DNA of 64,000 nucleotides from Candidatus Magasanikiibacteriota bacterium (GCA_903893485.1 CAITMK010000014.1:2144-66143); one strand, 5' to 3'. Shown: positions 9,584 to 20,262, numbered from the stretch's first letter. The notes: generated from the letters alone by a model not told the origin. Numbers and translations: made by a program.

Positions 9584-10953
9584 ACCTCGTGCGCAACTTT
9601 ATAAATATCACCCGCGCCCATTACCACTACAACGTCATCGGGCAACGCATGCGTGCGAATTAAATCCGCGGCTTCGGTTAAATTTGCCGCGTACCAGTGT
9701 GGTTTGCCATCGCGCGCTGCGGCAACATCCTTCAACAGCTGTGAAGAACTCACGGATTGATCCTCGGCGCGTTCGCGACCACGCACATCATAAATTTCAT
9801 GAAGCACCAATGCATCAGGTGCGGCGAGCGCGCTTACAAATTCAGGATATAACGATCCAGTGCGGTGGTGTTGATGCGGCTGATACACCAGCAAAACGCG
9901 GCGGCCCGGGAAAAATTCTTTGGTTGCCTGCACGGTTGCATTCACGGCCGTTGGGTGATGGCCATAATCCGAAATAACCGGCGCGCCATTTACAAAACCA
10001 ACGCGCTCAAAGCGGCGCCATGAACCTGGATATGCGTCGAGTGCCGCAAGCGCCACGTCGGGCGAAACGCCAATTGCAACCGCCGCGGTAAACGCCGCGG
10101 CCGCGTTTGAAACATTAAATGCACCCGGAATGCGCAGTGATAAAATTTTCTGCTCGCCGCCCACAAAAAATTCTGCGTTTTGCGCACCGTCCAAAATATG
10201 ACGTGCACCAATTTTGGTAGCTGTTGCAAATTCACTAAAACCAAAACTTTTTGTTTGCGCAAATTGTTCACCAAACAATTTTCGCACGCTTGATTCGTCT
10301 GCATTCACAATACAATTTTGCGGCGCAACTTTTTTCACATATTCCGCAAATGTCTCCGACAATTTTTCAAAGGAATGATAAAAATCTAAATGATCCGATT
10401 CCAAATTATTCACCACAATATAGGTTGGCGACAATTTCATCATCTGTGCTTCGTGCTCACACGCCTCAACCACAAACCATTCGCCCTGGCCCAAATGCAC
10501 ATTACCGTGCTGCAACGTTTTAACGCGCGTGCCAACCAGCACCAATGGATCTAAACCAGCCGCAATTAAAATTGAACCGAGCATTGCAGTGACCGTGCTT
10601 TTTCCATGTGTGCCCGAAACCGCAATTGTTTTATATTGTTTTGAAATTTCGCCCAGCGCTTCAGAATATGAAAATTGAGGAATGTTTTGATCCTGCGCAG
10701 CAACACGTTCGGCGTTTGAAGCTGGTACCGCACCAGAATATATAATCGCGTCAGCATCAGCAGGCAAATTCCCTGCATCGTGGCCAACATGCACCAAAAT
10801 TCCCTCGGCGCGCACGTCTTCAACTAATGGCGATTCTTCGGCATCAGATCCGGTAACTAAAACACCACGCGACGACAAAATCTTGGCAACCGCGGAAACA
10901 CCCACGCCGCCAATACCAATTACATGTACTTTTTTTGCCTCAAGTAAGCTCAT
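9571..10953 (-). CDS. murC: UDP-N-acetylmuramate--L-alanine ligase
   Basis: GIGGVGVS, GTHGKST, VEACE, DYGHHPT, QPHQHHRT, MGAGDI. Confidence 0.96.
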   Translation of the reverse strand: MSLLEAKKVHVIGIGGVGVSAVAKILSSRGVLVTGSDAEESPLVEDVRAEGILVHVGHDAGNLPADADAIIYSGAVPASNAERVAAQDQNIPQFSYSEALGEISKQYKTIAVSGTHGKSTVTAMLGSILIAAGLDPLVLVGTRVKTLQHGNVHLGQGEWFVVEACEHEAQMMKLSPTYIVVNNLESDHLDFYHSFEKLSETFAEYVKKVAPQNCIVNADESSVRKLFGEQFAQTKSFGFSEFATATKIGARHILDGAQNAEFFVGGEQKILSLRIPGAFNVSNAAAAFTAAVAIGVSPDVALAALDAYPGSWRRFERVGFVNGAPVISDYGHHPTAVNATVQATKEFFPGRRVLLVYQPHQHHRTGSLYPEFVSALAAPDALVLHEIYDVRGRERAEDQSVSSSQLLKDVAAARDGKPHWYAANLTEAADLIRTHALPDDVVVVMGAGDIYKVAHEVCST

Positions 10954-10958
10954 ATTTT

Positions 10959-12713
10959 TTATTTTACCGGTCTGTCTGGCTGCACGCCCATGTACTCTAG
11001 CAGAAATGGTGCGACTTGGCCAAATACCGGCACCGCGGTACTTTCTGCAAACCGTGCGGCCGGCGCCTCATACGTGATCATCATAACAAATGCAGGATTG
11101 CCAATTGGGCCGTATCCAACGAATGTGTGGTTGTTGGTGTTGGCATCCAAATATTTACCGTTGCCCACAATCTGCGCGGTGCCTGTTTTCCCTGCAATCG
11201 AATACCCTGGCACACGAGCTAATTTGCCATGACCCAAATCGACCACCGACAACATCATGTCCGTAATTTTTTTCGCAGAATCAGCAGTCACCACTTGGCG
11301 AATTTTTTGCGGTGCACGCACGTCAACGGTGCCATCGTAGTGCCGCACACCATACACCACATACGGTTTCATCATGACGCCGCCATTTGCAAGCGCGCCA
11401 TATCCTTGAATTAACTGCAGTGACGTTGCGGTAAGCCCTTGCCCAAACGATGCGGTTGCTAAATATACACTTCCTGTTTTGTCGAGTGATTTTATTGTTC
11501 CCTTTGATTCAATTTTAAGTTCAATACCACTTGGCAAACCAAAACCAAATGCTTGCATATACGTACGAAACTTTTGCAGCCCCATTTTTTCCGCGGCAAA
11601 AATAGTACCTGTATTAATTGATTCACGAATAACATCAGTCATGGTTTGCACGCCCCACGTTTTATTCGCCGCGTTACGAATTGAAAAATGATCACGCACA
11701 TCAACACCCGTATCAGTATATTGCGTCGTTGGTGTTACCGCGCCTGCGTCCATTGCCGCAGACATGGTAAACGCCTTAAAAACCGAACCCGGTTCAAACG
11801 CACGAAAAATTGCGTTATTGTTAAAAGTACTCGCATCGGTAACATGCTGAAAATCATTTGGATCGAATGTTGGTGTATTACACATTGCCAAAATAGCACC
11901 CGTGTGCGGATCCATAATAATGCCACTACCAGATTTTGCATGATACGTTACCGCACCCGCGGCCAAGGCCTGACATAATTTTAATTGAATCGAACGATCG
12001 AGCGTTAAAATAATATCGTCCCCATCATGCGCATCTTGCAAATCGCGATTTGCAACCGGAATCCATCCGCCGAATGGATCTTTTTCCGTGTGCACAAAAC
12101 CATTCACCCCTTTTAATTCATCTTCAAAAAAACCTTCCACGCCATATTTACCCGTTGGGTCACCTTGCGCATCGCGCCCAACAAAACCAACAACTTGCGA
12201 AAATAAATCACCTTCCGGATAAAAACGCGCAGGATTGCGATCGATATAAATGCCCGCAATTTGTTCTGTTTTTAAACGATCAAGCAAATCAGTAACCGCA
12301 CCAGGCGAAACATCTTTAATCAGTGGCTGATATGCACGAAGTTTGTCAGACAGCTTTTCAAGCAACGCACTTTTATCCGGATCTGATAAATGCAGAACAT
12401 CAGCAATCACCGATGCGGCGTGCAGCGGATCTTCGATTTTGCGATTATCCGAAATCAAAATAAGTTGATCACGGTTCAACGCAACTGGAAATGTTTGATT
12501 CTGGCCGGCGCGCGCATCACGCACATAAATTTCACCGCGCTTGGCGGTTAAAATTTGCGTAAGGGTATGCGATGCAGCTGCTTCGGCCACAAACGCACTG
12601 TGACGCACCACCTGCATATAAAAAAGTCGTGCAATAAAAAGTGCAACCAAAACAATCCACACAATTGCAACATTACGTAGCCGCTTTGTCTCTGAACTAG
12701 AATTACCAGCCAT
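10959..12713 (-). CDS. ftsI: Class B penicillin-binding protein (FtsI/PBP3-like)
   Basis: N-terminal TM, RGEI, EPGSVFK (SxxK), SIN (SxN), KTGTAQ; lies upstream of murC. Confidence 0.8.
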   Translation of the reverse strand: MAGNSSSETKRLRNVAIVWIVLVALFIARLFYMQVVRHSAFVAEAAASHTLTQILTAKRGEIYVRDARAGQNQTFPVALNRDQLILISDNRKIEDPLHAASVIADVLHLSDPDKSALLEKLSDKLRAYQPLIKDVSPGAVTDLLDRLKTEQIAGIYIDRNPARFYPEGDLFSQVVGFVGRDAQGDPTGKYGVEGFFEDELKGVNGFVHTEKDPFGGWIPVANRDLQDAHDGDDIILTLDRSIQLKLCQALAAGAVTYHAKSGSGIIMDPHTGAILAMCNTPTFDPNDFQHVTDASTFNNNAIFRAFEPGSVFKAFTMSAAMDAGAVTPTTQYTDTGVDVRDHFSIRNAANKTWGVQTMTDVIRESINTGTIFAAEKMGLQKFRTYMQAFGFGLPSGIELKIESKGTIKSLDKTGSVYLATASFGQGLTATSLQLIQGYGALANGGVMMKPYVVYGVRHYDGTVDVRAPQKIRQVVTADSAKKITDMMLSVVDLGHGKLARVPGYSIAGKTGTAQIVGNGKYLDANTNNHTFVGYGPIGNPAFVMMITYEAPAARFAESTAVPVFGQVAPFLLEYMGVQPDRPVK

Positions 12714-12744
12714 TTTTATCATAAGCTCCCGCAATTATAGCACA

Positions 12745-12773
12745 TTGACATTTACGCTTCTTCCTGGTATACT
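12745..12773 (+). promoter_or_regulatory. sigma70 promoter TTGACA-17-TATACT for vanW
   Basis: Near-consensus hexamers with an extended -10 TG. Confidence 0.75.
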
Positions 12774-12788
12774 TTTGCGTCATCGCCT

Positions 12789-13664
12789 ATGGATACCGAA
12801 TCACTGCGCGCGCTCGTACACGCGCATGAGCAACCACGACGCCAAGCGCTTTCTTCCAAACTGCCACATCTCAAACGTGGAATTATTTTGGCACGGCGCA
12901 CGCATCGGTCCATTACAAATTATTTAAATCCTGCGATTCAAAATAAAAAATCAAAAACTTTTTTTACTCATGTGATTGCGCGTCACCAAAGTGTGTTGGT
13001 GCGTAAACTTGGCAACAGCGATGTAAAATTGCAGGAAGAAAAAATTATCAATTTACGTCGTGCCTGCGAAGATTTAAACGGCATCATCATTGAACCAGGC
13101 AAAATTTTTTCGCTGTGGCATTTGATTGGCCAACCAACACATGCCAAAGGGTACGTAACTGGCATGCTGCTTTCGAATGGGAAAGTCGTGCCGGGCATCG
13201 GCGGTGGTCTGTGCCAACTTTCAAATTTTTTGTGCTGGATTTTTATGCACGCCGACACCAAAATTATTGAGCGTTACCACCATTCCATGGATGTGTTCCC
13301 TGATTCTGGCCGCGTGTTGCCATTTGGCAGTGGCGCAACGTGCCTTTATAATTTTATTGATTTAAAAATCAAAAACACGGGTGCTGAGCCACTGCAATTA
13401 AAAATTTGTGTCACCGATACGCATCTTAAAGGCCAGCTCGTTTCACCAAAATCAGCTGACGCTAAATTCTCAGTGTTTGAAGCCGAGCACTGCTTTGTAA
13501 AAACTACAAAAAAATATTTTCGATACAACGAAATTTTTCGCGCAAAAAAAATTAATGGTCAAGAAATTTCGCAGGAAAAATTATTTACTAATTTTGCGCC
13601 TGTTTTGTATCCAGTCACATCAGAATATTTAACCGAAAATAATTTTACTGTGGTCGAACTATAA
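12789..13664 (+). CDS. VanW family protein
   Basis: PGKIFSLW..IG.P....GY..G, GIGGGLCQLSN, ERYHHS..FPD..R..PFG.GAT. Confidence 0.9.
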   Translation: MDTESLRALVHAHEQPRRQALSSKLPHLKRGIILARRTHRSITNYLNPAIQNKKSKTFFTHVIARHQSVLVRKLGNSDVKLQEEKIINLRRACEDLNGIIIEPGKIFSLWHLIGQPTHAKGYVTGMLLSNGKVVPGIGGGLCQLSNFLCWIFMHADTKIIERYHHSMDVFPDSGRVLPFGSGATCLYNFIDLKIKNTGAEPLQLKICVTDTHLKGQLVSPKSADAKFSVFEAEHCFVKTTKKYFRYNEIFRAKKINGQEISQEKLFTNFAPVLYPVTSEYLTENNFTVVEL

Positions 13665-13705
13665 AAAATGCCTCAGCCCGCTCTGTTTCCAAAGGGGCCG
13701 AGGAC
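13663..13705 (-). terminator. Long bulged terminator of orphan gene
   Basis: Minus strand CCTCGGCCCCTTTG-GAAA-CAGAGCGGGCTGAGG followed by a T-run. Confidence 0.7.
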
Positions 13706-13718
13706 TTGGTTTGCAGCA

Positions 13719-14708
13719 TTACTTGGGCGTGCCCGGCGTCGACACGATCACCTCATCACTTTCCAGAAAAGTCGATCCGAACAAAACACGTTCCAGCTGA
13801 ATTTGCGGCGGCATGCCATGCTCAGACCTCTTCAAGCGGATAAACATCCGCTCATTCTGGCCTTCGCTCTCGACGTAAGACATCGCAGTGTACGCCTTCC
13901 GCTCAGACCCGCGCCCAAAGCCGCTCAAGTTGAACGAACAACGATGCCACTCTTCCTGAAACCAGTAACCGGTTGGATTGTAGCAAAACATGATGCACAT
14001 GAACACCACTTGCGCTGGCGTTGCCGCGCGGTCCGATGAAACCGTATTCCCCACGCTCGGCTCGTATGCAATCCAGCGCCATTCAACTTCTTGTGGAGGC
14101 TGATAGAGAGACAGCACGCCAAAGCCCTCACGATCTGTTGTCCGTGGTGGAAAACAAATCTCTGGCCACGAACCACTACCTCTCGGAAACCACTCCAGCA
14201 GATTCGCCAGCGTCAAGTCCGGATGCATGGGATAAAGCAGTGCTGCCGGCGTTGCACCTTGCGTGTGCGTCTCAACCGCTTTCGGCAAGTCCTCTTGCAG
14301 TTTCTCGATCTGCGCAGCCGTGAAACGCACGTGTCCACGCATGGCCCGCTCAACTTCAACAGGGTGCACGATCCTGCGCGCCATGGGAGGCTTGCGATCA
14401 ATCACAAAGCTTTCCGCAATGGGATTTGTACCCATGAAGCGCGCCAACATGTCATCGATTTCGACGCAGGTGATTTGCCCATTACTCAGCGCCAGCAACA
14501 ATCGATTGATCCAGATACCCGCGCCAAGAAATTCACAAAGCGCTTCAGGATCGAACACGCCCTCTCGTGCAACTTCAAGGGCGCGTTTGGCCAGCCGCCA
14601 TTGAAAGTTCTCGCGCTGTGCGTGTTTGCCATGGCCGTGCCACCGGTCCTGCCAATAGGCGGCGTCAAACATTTGTTGAAGCGTCGGAAGTGAACGAATA
14701 ACACTCAT
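13719..14708 (-). CDS. Orphan hypothetical protein
   Basis: ~330-aa ORF; SD GAGGT before ATG 14708; TTGACA(14850-14855)-17-TAAGGT upstream; own terminator. Confidence 0.7.
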   Translation of the reverse strand: MSVIRSLPTLQQMFDAAYWQDRWHGHGKHAQRENFQWRLAKRALEVAREGVFDPEALCEFLGAGIWINRLLLALSNGQITCVEIDDMLARFMGTNPIAESFVIDRKPPMARRIVHPVEVERAMRGHVRFTAAQIEKLQEDLPKAVETHTQGATPAALLYPMHPDLTLANLLEWFPRGSGSWPEICFPPRTTDREGFGVLSLYQPPQEVEWRWIAYEPSVGNTVSSDRAATPAQVVFMCIMFCYNPTGYWFQEEWHRCSFNLSGFGRGSERKAYTAMSYVESEGQNERMFIRLKRSEHGMPPQIQLERVLFGSTFLESDEVIVSTPGTPK

Positions 14709-14851
14709 TGTCAACCTCACGTTGCTCACCACGAATTTCACGAGGACAAGGCAGCTCTTTGCTGCCGATGCCAGTTCGTAATTCCTTGCAGCAAGCTAAA
14801 GGCATCCACCGCGGATGCTGCGCAAAACCTTACGCGCAATTTTTAAAAATG

Positions 14852-16795
14852 TCAATTTGCCCCGGCCGCGGCCTGCGCTGCCCGATACCCTGCCCACCAC
14901 GTATAAAATTGTTTTGCCGCTGGCACCGCAGCCGTTGCACCTTCAACACCTTCTTCAATTAAAAATACGGTTACGATTTCTGGTTTTTCGTATGGCGCAT
15001 ACGAAACAAACCATGCGTGCGGCTGTTTGGTAGTTGACCACTGCGCGGTACCGGTTTTACCCGCAACCGTGACACCAACATTTTGCAAACTACGGGCGGA
15101 GCCAGCCAAAATCGTCTGACGCATACCTTCGCGCACCACCTGCAGCCACTGCGAATCCACCGGAACTTTCGCGCGCATCGCCGGCGCCACAACATACGTG
15201 GATCCATCTGGCAATAATCGCGATTCCACCAATTGTGGTTTCCAAAGTGTGCCGTCATTGGCAATGGCAGAAATTCCCATTGCCATTTGCAGTGGCGTCA
15301 CCAAAATATCACCTTCACCAATCGACATATTATACGTATCGCCCGGATACCAGGCCTCACCCTTGGTTTCTTTTTTCCATGCTGGCGATTGCACAAAACC
15401 ACGTGCCTCGCCCGGCATATCAACGCCCGTATCGGAGCCAAAACCAAAATATTCCAAATATTGTTTCATGCGATCCGGACCCAAACCATCATTGCCCGTG
15501 CGTCCACCACCTAACAAATAGAAAAATGTATTCACGGATTCCGCAATCGCTTTGCGTACATCGGTTACGCCATGTCCGCCCGCTTTCCAATCCGGAAAAT
15601 AATGATTCCCCAACTGAATACCACCAACAGAATTTACCGTTGTCGTTGGCGTAATCACCCCTTCTTGCAAACCAGCTGCCGCATAAAATGGCTTGATAAT
15701 CGAACCCGATGGAAATTGTCCACCAATCACACGATTCAAAAGTGGCTGATCCGGCCCAGTAGTAAGAGCCGTGTAAGCTGCAGGCGAAATCGTATTAGAA
15801 AATAAATTTGGATCAAAACCCGGCAGTGAAACCATGCCTAAAATTTGTCCGTTACGCGGATCAACTGCAATCGCGCTACCACGCGTGCGATTTGAAACTT
15901 TTAAGCCCAACTGCAGCGCCGATTCCAACTGCTGTTGAATTTGCAAATCAATGCTAAGCACCAAGCCATCGCCCGGCACCGGATCAGTCACCGAAACCGT
16001 ACGCTGCTCCGCGCCGCGTGCGTTAAATTCCGCATCGCGCGCACCGGGCACGCCGCGTAAATAAGTTTCCATGGAATCTTCCAAACCCGTTTTACCAATC
16101 AAATCAGTTGGATAATATTCCTCATCCACATGTGATTCCAATTCATCCGCAGAAATACGCCCCATGTAACCCAAAACATGCGCCATACTTTCAGGCAAAG
16201 GCGTTTGGCTGCCTGGCACGCCCGCAACATATAAACGTTTTGCCGAACGTTCAATCGTTAGCCCTGGAAACGCCGCGCTTTTTAAATAAACTTGCACGGC
16301 TTCATCGTATGTAATCGGATCTTTTACCACGACACTTGCGTAGGAATATTTTTGAAATGCATCAAGCATGGCATTAATTTTATCTTCACCAACGCCAACC
16401 GTTGCGCCAATCTGACGAATCACGGCTTCGCGATCCGTAGCATTACGTGGTAAATCCTGTGCGCGCAACGTGAGTCGAAAGTTTGGCACATTCGTTACGA
16501 GCGGTACCATATTGCGGTCAAATAAAATGCCGCGCTCTGGAATAATCGGCTGCGTGTGCAATCGATTATGATCCGACAAAACTCGCCACGCGTTACCCTG
16601 CACGAGTTGTAATTGCACCACGCGTGCAGTAAGCGCACACAAAACCAATGCTGCAAAAAGTCCAAAAACTTTAATGCGCGTACCACCAACAGCGGCTCCT
16701 AAAAATCCAGAATTTTCATCTGTTGCAACAGGCGCCGCATCTTCCACCCATTGATTTCGCCGCTGGATAAAAACTCCACTTTGAAACCATTTCAT
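14852..16795 (-). CDS. mrdA: Penicillin-binding protein 2
   Basis: PERGILFDRN, PSGSIIKP, SVNTFFY, KTGTAQ; follows mreD with ATGA overlap. Confidence 0.93.
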   Translation of the reverse strand: MKWFQSGVFIQRRNQWVEDAAPVATDENSGFLGAAVGGTRIKVFGLFAALVLCALTARVVQLQLVQGNAWRVLSDHNRLHTQPIIPERGILFDRNMVPLVTNVPNFRLTLRAQDLPRNATDREAVIRQIGATVGVGEDKINAMLDAFQKYSYASVVVKDPITYDEAVQVYLKSAAFPGLTIERSAKRLYVAGVPGSQTPLPESMAHVLGYMGRISADELESHVDEEYYPTDLIGKTGLEDSMETYLRGVPGARDAEFNARGAEQRTVSVTDPVPGDGLVLSIDLQIQQQLESALQLGLKVSNRTRGSAIAVDPRNGQILGMVSLPGFDPNLFSNTISPAAYTALTTGPDQPLLNRVIGGQFPSGSIIKPFYAAAGLQEGVITPTTTVNSVGGIQLGNHYFPDWKAGGHGVTDVRKAIAESVNTFFYLLGGGRTGNDGLGPDRMKQYLEYFGFGSDTGVDMPGEARGFVQSPAWKKETKGEAWYPGDTYNMSIGEGDILVTPLQMAMGISAIANDGTLWKPQLVESRLLPDGSTYVVAPAMRAKVPVDSQWLQVVREGMRQTILAGSARSLQNVGVTVAGKTGTAQWSTTKQPHAWFVSYAPYEKPEIVTVFLIEEGVEGATAAVPAAKQFYTWWAGYRAAQAAAGAN

Positions 16796-17301
16796 AGAAT
16801 ATGGCCCACACGTGATGGCGAACGGCTCGTCCACCAACGAGGAATTAAAATATATAACGTTGTAGTCACCAGTGCGGTGCCCAAACCTTGTATTAAAAGA
16901 ATGCGAGGCAATTCAGCCCATTCAATATTTCCAAATCCACTAAATAAAACATGGAGCGCTGCCCACAGCAACCCAACGCCCGCTGCAATTACGGCGCATC
17001 CTGTGTACGAGCGATGGGTCACCACTTCCGTGGCCACGCGTGACATAATATATACCACACAAACATACGCTAAAATTCCCACGCCAAATCCTGCACCGCG
17101 ATAGACGTCGGTAATGCCAACCGCAACCAAAAAAATCCAAAAGGTGCTGAGCGGCAATCGAAGTACGAGCGCTAATGCAACACAAACTGGCAAAAGTGGA
17201 AATAGTGAAAATGGATATGGAAGCGCAGCCACCACGCCAACCGTAAGCACACCTAATAAAAGTCCGGCCAGTAAAATTAAAATGGCACGGAAAATCCACA
17301 T
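16792..17301 (-). CDS. mreD: Rod shape-determining protein MreD-like
   Basis: Polytopic membrane protein between mreC and mrdA. Confidence 0.7.
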   Translation of the reverse strand: MWIFRAILILLAGLLLGVLTVGVVAALPYPFSLFPLLPVCVALALVLRLPLSTFWIFLVAVGITDVYRGAGFGVGILAYVCVVYIMSRVATEVVTHRSYTGCAVIAAGVGLLWAALHVLFSGFGNIEWAELPRILLIQGLGTALVTTTLYILIPRWWTSRSPSRVGHIL

Positions 17302-17302
17302 A

Positions 17303-18094
17303 TTATTTATGCAAAATAATAGAAACAGTTTTTATTTGCTCAAATGGAATCGCTAAATTTAACAGCGCATGCTGAAACGGCTCGTACGTTTCGCGGCCAA
17401 CCGTAACCACGCTACCAATCAAAAGTCCCGCGGGCATTTTATCGTCGCTCGCATCAGTCACTAGCGTATCACCAGCAGCCACAACTTCTTCTGGCGGAAT
17501 AAGCGTGAGTCGCACACCCAAACCATAACCACCTTCAACAATGCCAATCGCACGACCGGATTTTCCTAAAAGCGCACCAACGCGCGATGCACGATCATTT
17601 AATAAACGCACAACCGCTCGAGCATCTTCAACACGTGCAACGCGACCAACTAATACACCATTTTCAGTAAACACCACATCGTCAACCGCAACACCATCAC
17701 TGCTACCACGATTCACAATAAATGCTTGCTCAGAAATATCAGTTGTTTTTGCAACCACGTCAGCACCGATCGTGCCCCATGCATTTCGTTCGGGATACGC
17801 AAGTTGCCGGCGGAGCGTTGCATTTTCAGATTCCACCAATGCAACGCGGGCTTCGAGTTCATCGCGCTGACGCATGACCGCGGGTAATAATTCTTTTGCG
17901 GCAACGGTACTGCGCCACGAAGAGAAACTGGTGCTCATACCCGAGGTACTTACAAATAATTTATTTACCAACCAATTAGTTGGTACTGCGGCCAATCGTT
18001 CAACCGGAGAAAGTAATCCAACAACATGAAGCGCCACTAAAAAAATCGTGGCGCCCGCATACCAGCGCAAATGTTTAACGGATCGAAACCGCAT
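17303..18094 (-). CDS. mreC: Rod shape-determining protein MreC
   Basis: TM, coiled coil ENATLRRQL, VNRGSSDGV, GVLVGRV, PAGLLIG. Confidence 0.92.
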   Translation of the reverse strand: MRFRSVKHLRWYAGATIFLVALHVVGLLSPVERLAAVPTNWLVNKLFVSTSGMSTSFSSWRSTVAAKELLPAVMRQRDELEARVALVESENATLRRQLAYPERNAWGTIGADVVAKTTDISEQAFIVNRGSSDGVAVDDVVFTENGVLVGRVARVEDARAVVRLLNDRASRVGALLGKSGRAIGIVEGGYGLGVRLTLIPPEEVVAAGDTLVTDASDDKMPAGLLIGSVVTVGRETYEPFQHALLNLAIPFEQIKTVSIILHK

Positions 18095-18111
18095 AAAAAA
18101 TTTTAAACGAC

Positions 18112-19167
18112 TTATCCAACTTTTTCTTGGATGCGCGCACTTGGCAATTCAACTTCACGTAAAACTTCTGGATGTTCAAGCAGTAAGCCAGTGCCGCGTA
18201 CAACCGCAGTTGTTGGATCATCAGCAACGCGTACCGGAATTTCGCAAGCCTTTGCAATCGCACTATCGAGGCCACGGAGCTGCGTGCCGCCACCAACCAT
18301 TACAATGCCGCGTTCATGAATATCTGCGACCAATTCTGGTGGGGTAACTTCCAAGGTTGCCTTAACCGCATCAATAATAGATTTAACTGAACGATGCAGC
18401 GCCTCGCGCACATGCGAATCCGTAATCATCACTTCTTTTGGCAAGCCCGTGAGCAAATCTCGACCGCGCACTGCCATCTGTTCCCCACTTGCAAACGGTT
18501 CAGCGGAGCCCAATTTCTTTTTTACTTCTTCAGCCTGGTGTTCACCAACTAACAAATTAAAAGCTTCGCGGCAATATTGCACAATATTATGATCCATTTC
18601 GTCGCCCGCAATTGGCAGTGAACGCCACGTTACCACACCACCCAGCGAAATAACGGCGATTTCGGTGATACCCGCACCAACTGACATAATCATGGTGCCA
18701 ACCGCCTCTTCAACCGGCAGTCGAACGCCAAATGCTGCGGCCATGAGCGCTTCAATAACGTGCACCTCGGATGCGCCAGCAGAATAAGTTGCGTCTTCAA
18801 TTGCTTTGCGTTCTACTTCAGTAATTTCGAGCGGCGCGCCAATAACCACACGAGGACGCGCAACCAAATTCACACCATCTTCATGGATTTTATCGATAAA
18901 ATATTTAATCATTTTTTCCGCAACTTCGTAATCGGAAATAATTCCACGGAGCAACGGGCGCGACGTAGTGATATGCCCCGGCGTTTTGCCAACCATATCG
19001 CGTGCATGATGGCCCACCGCAATAATCTGATCAGTTTTACTATTCAGCGCCACCACGGATGGCTCATCAACCACAATGCCTTTGTCGCGCACATACACGC
19101 GTGTAAAAGAAGACCCTAAATCAAGGCCAACGTCCTTACTAAATTTCCGGAAAAAATTTTTAAACAT
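18112..19167 (-). CDS. mreB: Rod shape-determining protein MreB
   Basis: GLDLGS, DEPSVVA, TEVERKA, TPPELVADI, GGG. Confidence 0.93.
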   Translation of the reverse strand: MFKNFFRKFSKDVGLDLGSSFTRVYVRDKGIVVDEPSVVALNSKTDQIIAVGHHARDMVGKTPGHITTSRPLLRGIISDYEVAEKMIKYFIDKIHEDGVNLVARPRVVIGAPLEITEVERKAIEDATYSAGASEVHVIEALMAAAFGVRLPVEEAVGTMIMSVGAGITEIAVISLGGVVTWRSLPIAGDEMDHNIVQYCREAFNLLVGEHQAEEVKKKLGSAEPFASGEQMAVRGRDLLTGLPKEVMITDSHVREALHRSVKSIIDAVKATLEVTPPELVADIHERGIVMVGGGTQLRGLDSAIAKACEIPVRVADDPTTAVVRGTGLLLEHPEVLREVELPSARIQEKVG

Positions 19168-19179
19168 AACGATCTGGTC

Positions 19180-19560
19180 TTAGCGTCGCGATTCAAGCGT
19201 AACATATTGTTGTTCCAAAAGACCAATGGCTGCAATAAGAAGCAGCACCACCCACCACCGTAAAAAATTGTAGTGGAGTAGCATGAGCGAAATGACGAAG
19301 AGCACGGACAAAAGCGTTGCCTGTCGAAACGTACGGCGCACATACATGACGATTAATTCATCACGCTTTTGAATGTACACCCGAATGACAAACCCAATGA
19401 CCGCAAAAAAACCAAGCAGCGCCAAAAGTAAACTGAGATAAAAAAGCGCAATAATAGGATATCCCGCGGCCGGTGTGGTGGTGGTAAGCAAAACGCCCCA
19501 CGCGCCCCACGCAAGAATGTCGGTAAAAAGAACAAGTGCCAGAAAACCCTTTAGGGACAT
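19180..19560 (-). CDS. Hypothetical four-TM membrane protein
   Basis: Hydrophobic helices, ..FRQA.L motif, in operon with mreB. Confidence 0.75.
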   Translation of the reverse strand: MSLKGFLALVLFTDILAWGAWGVLLTTTTPAAGYPIIALFYLSLLLALLGFFAVIGFVIRVYIQKRDELIVMYVRRTFRQATLLSVLFVISLMLLHYNFLRWWVVLLLIAAIGLLEQQYVTLESRR

Positions 19561-19572
19561 ATGGCGGAATTA

Positions 19573-19860
19573 TTAAAGCAAATAACGAATGCGTTCAATG
19601 GATGGATCTTCACAAGCGACTCGTACACCTTCGAGCAAGTGCTTTTCATTTTTTTTCACTTCCTGAGCAACTGGCGCAGCACTCACCGAGACGGTTAACG
19701 TATGGTTTTTTAAGTACAGCACACGCACTAATTGCGGGGTTGCACCAAAAAAATCATCGAACACTTTTTGAGATGCTTCAACAACAACAGCTGCTTGTAC
19801 GCCAGCTGTTACGCCTGCATGCGCCGCACGCCCTTTGAGGATATCGCGAAGGTCGTCCAT
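19573..19860 (-). CDS. DUF721/DciA-like protein
   Basis: LKNHTLTVSVSAAPVAQEVK...IERIRY; start adjusted to MDDL. Confidence 0.75.
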   Translation of the reverse strand: MDDLRDILKGRAAHAGVTAGVQAAVVVEASQKVFDDFFGATPQLVRVLYLKNHTLTVSVSAAPVAQEVKKNEKHLLEGVRVACEDPSIERIRYLL

Positions 19861-20003
19861 ATGGAGTATTGTGTCAAAAATTGGGCAGCGTGGCAAGTCA
19901 TTTTGCAGGATGTCAAGTGTTTGACCATGATAAAAATACGTGATATAAAAGGCAAAGGTCTAAAATAGATCTTCCAGGACGAATAACCCCAAGGAGAAAT
20001 TCC

Positions 20004-20234
20004 ATGCTCTCGACTCGAATCGGTTTTTTACTGGCTCAACGGTTTGCCTATGCCACTTGTGGCGTTCTCTGCGTGGCATTTGGCACGATCAGCGCCGGGA
20101 TTGGCGGTATCGCAGCTGTGAGCGTAATTCCGGAAATGATCAGGGATCGCAACCCGAGCCACTGCCTCGGCGCCTTTCAAGTCAGCCGCGATTTCTTCGT
20201 TCTTGGCGCGCAGATCACTTTTTCGCGAGAGTGA
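20004..20234 (+). CDS. Small orphan membrane protein
   Basis: TTGACC(19921)-17-TATAAA promoter, AAGGAG SD, hydrophobic segment, terminator at 20263-20304. Confidence 0.6.
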   Translation: MLSTRIGFLLAQRFAYATCGVLCVAFGTISAGIGGIAAVSVIPEMIRDRNPSHCLGAFQVSRDFFVLGAQITFSRE

Positions 20235-20262
20235 TGATTACCGCCACACACAAAGGCGACCC

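Noticed and set aside
12789-13664. Vancomycin resistance locus
   Set aside because: Only vanW is present; no vanA/B, vanH, vanX or vanRS in the window.
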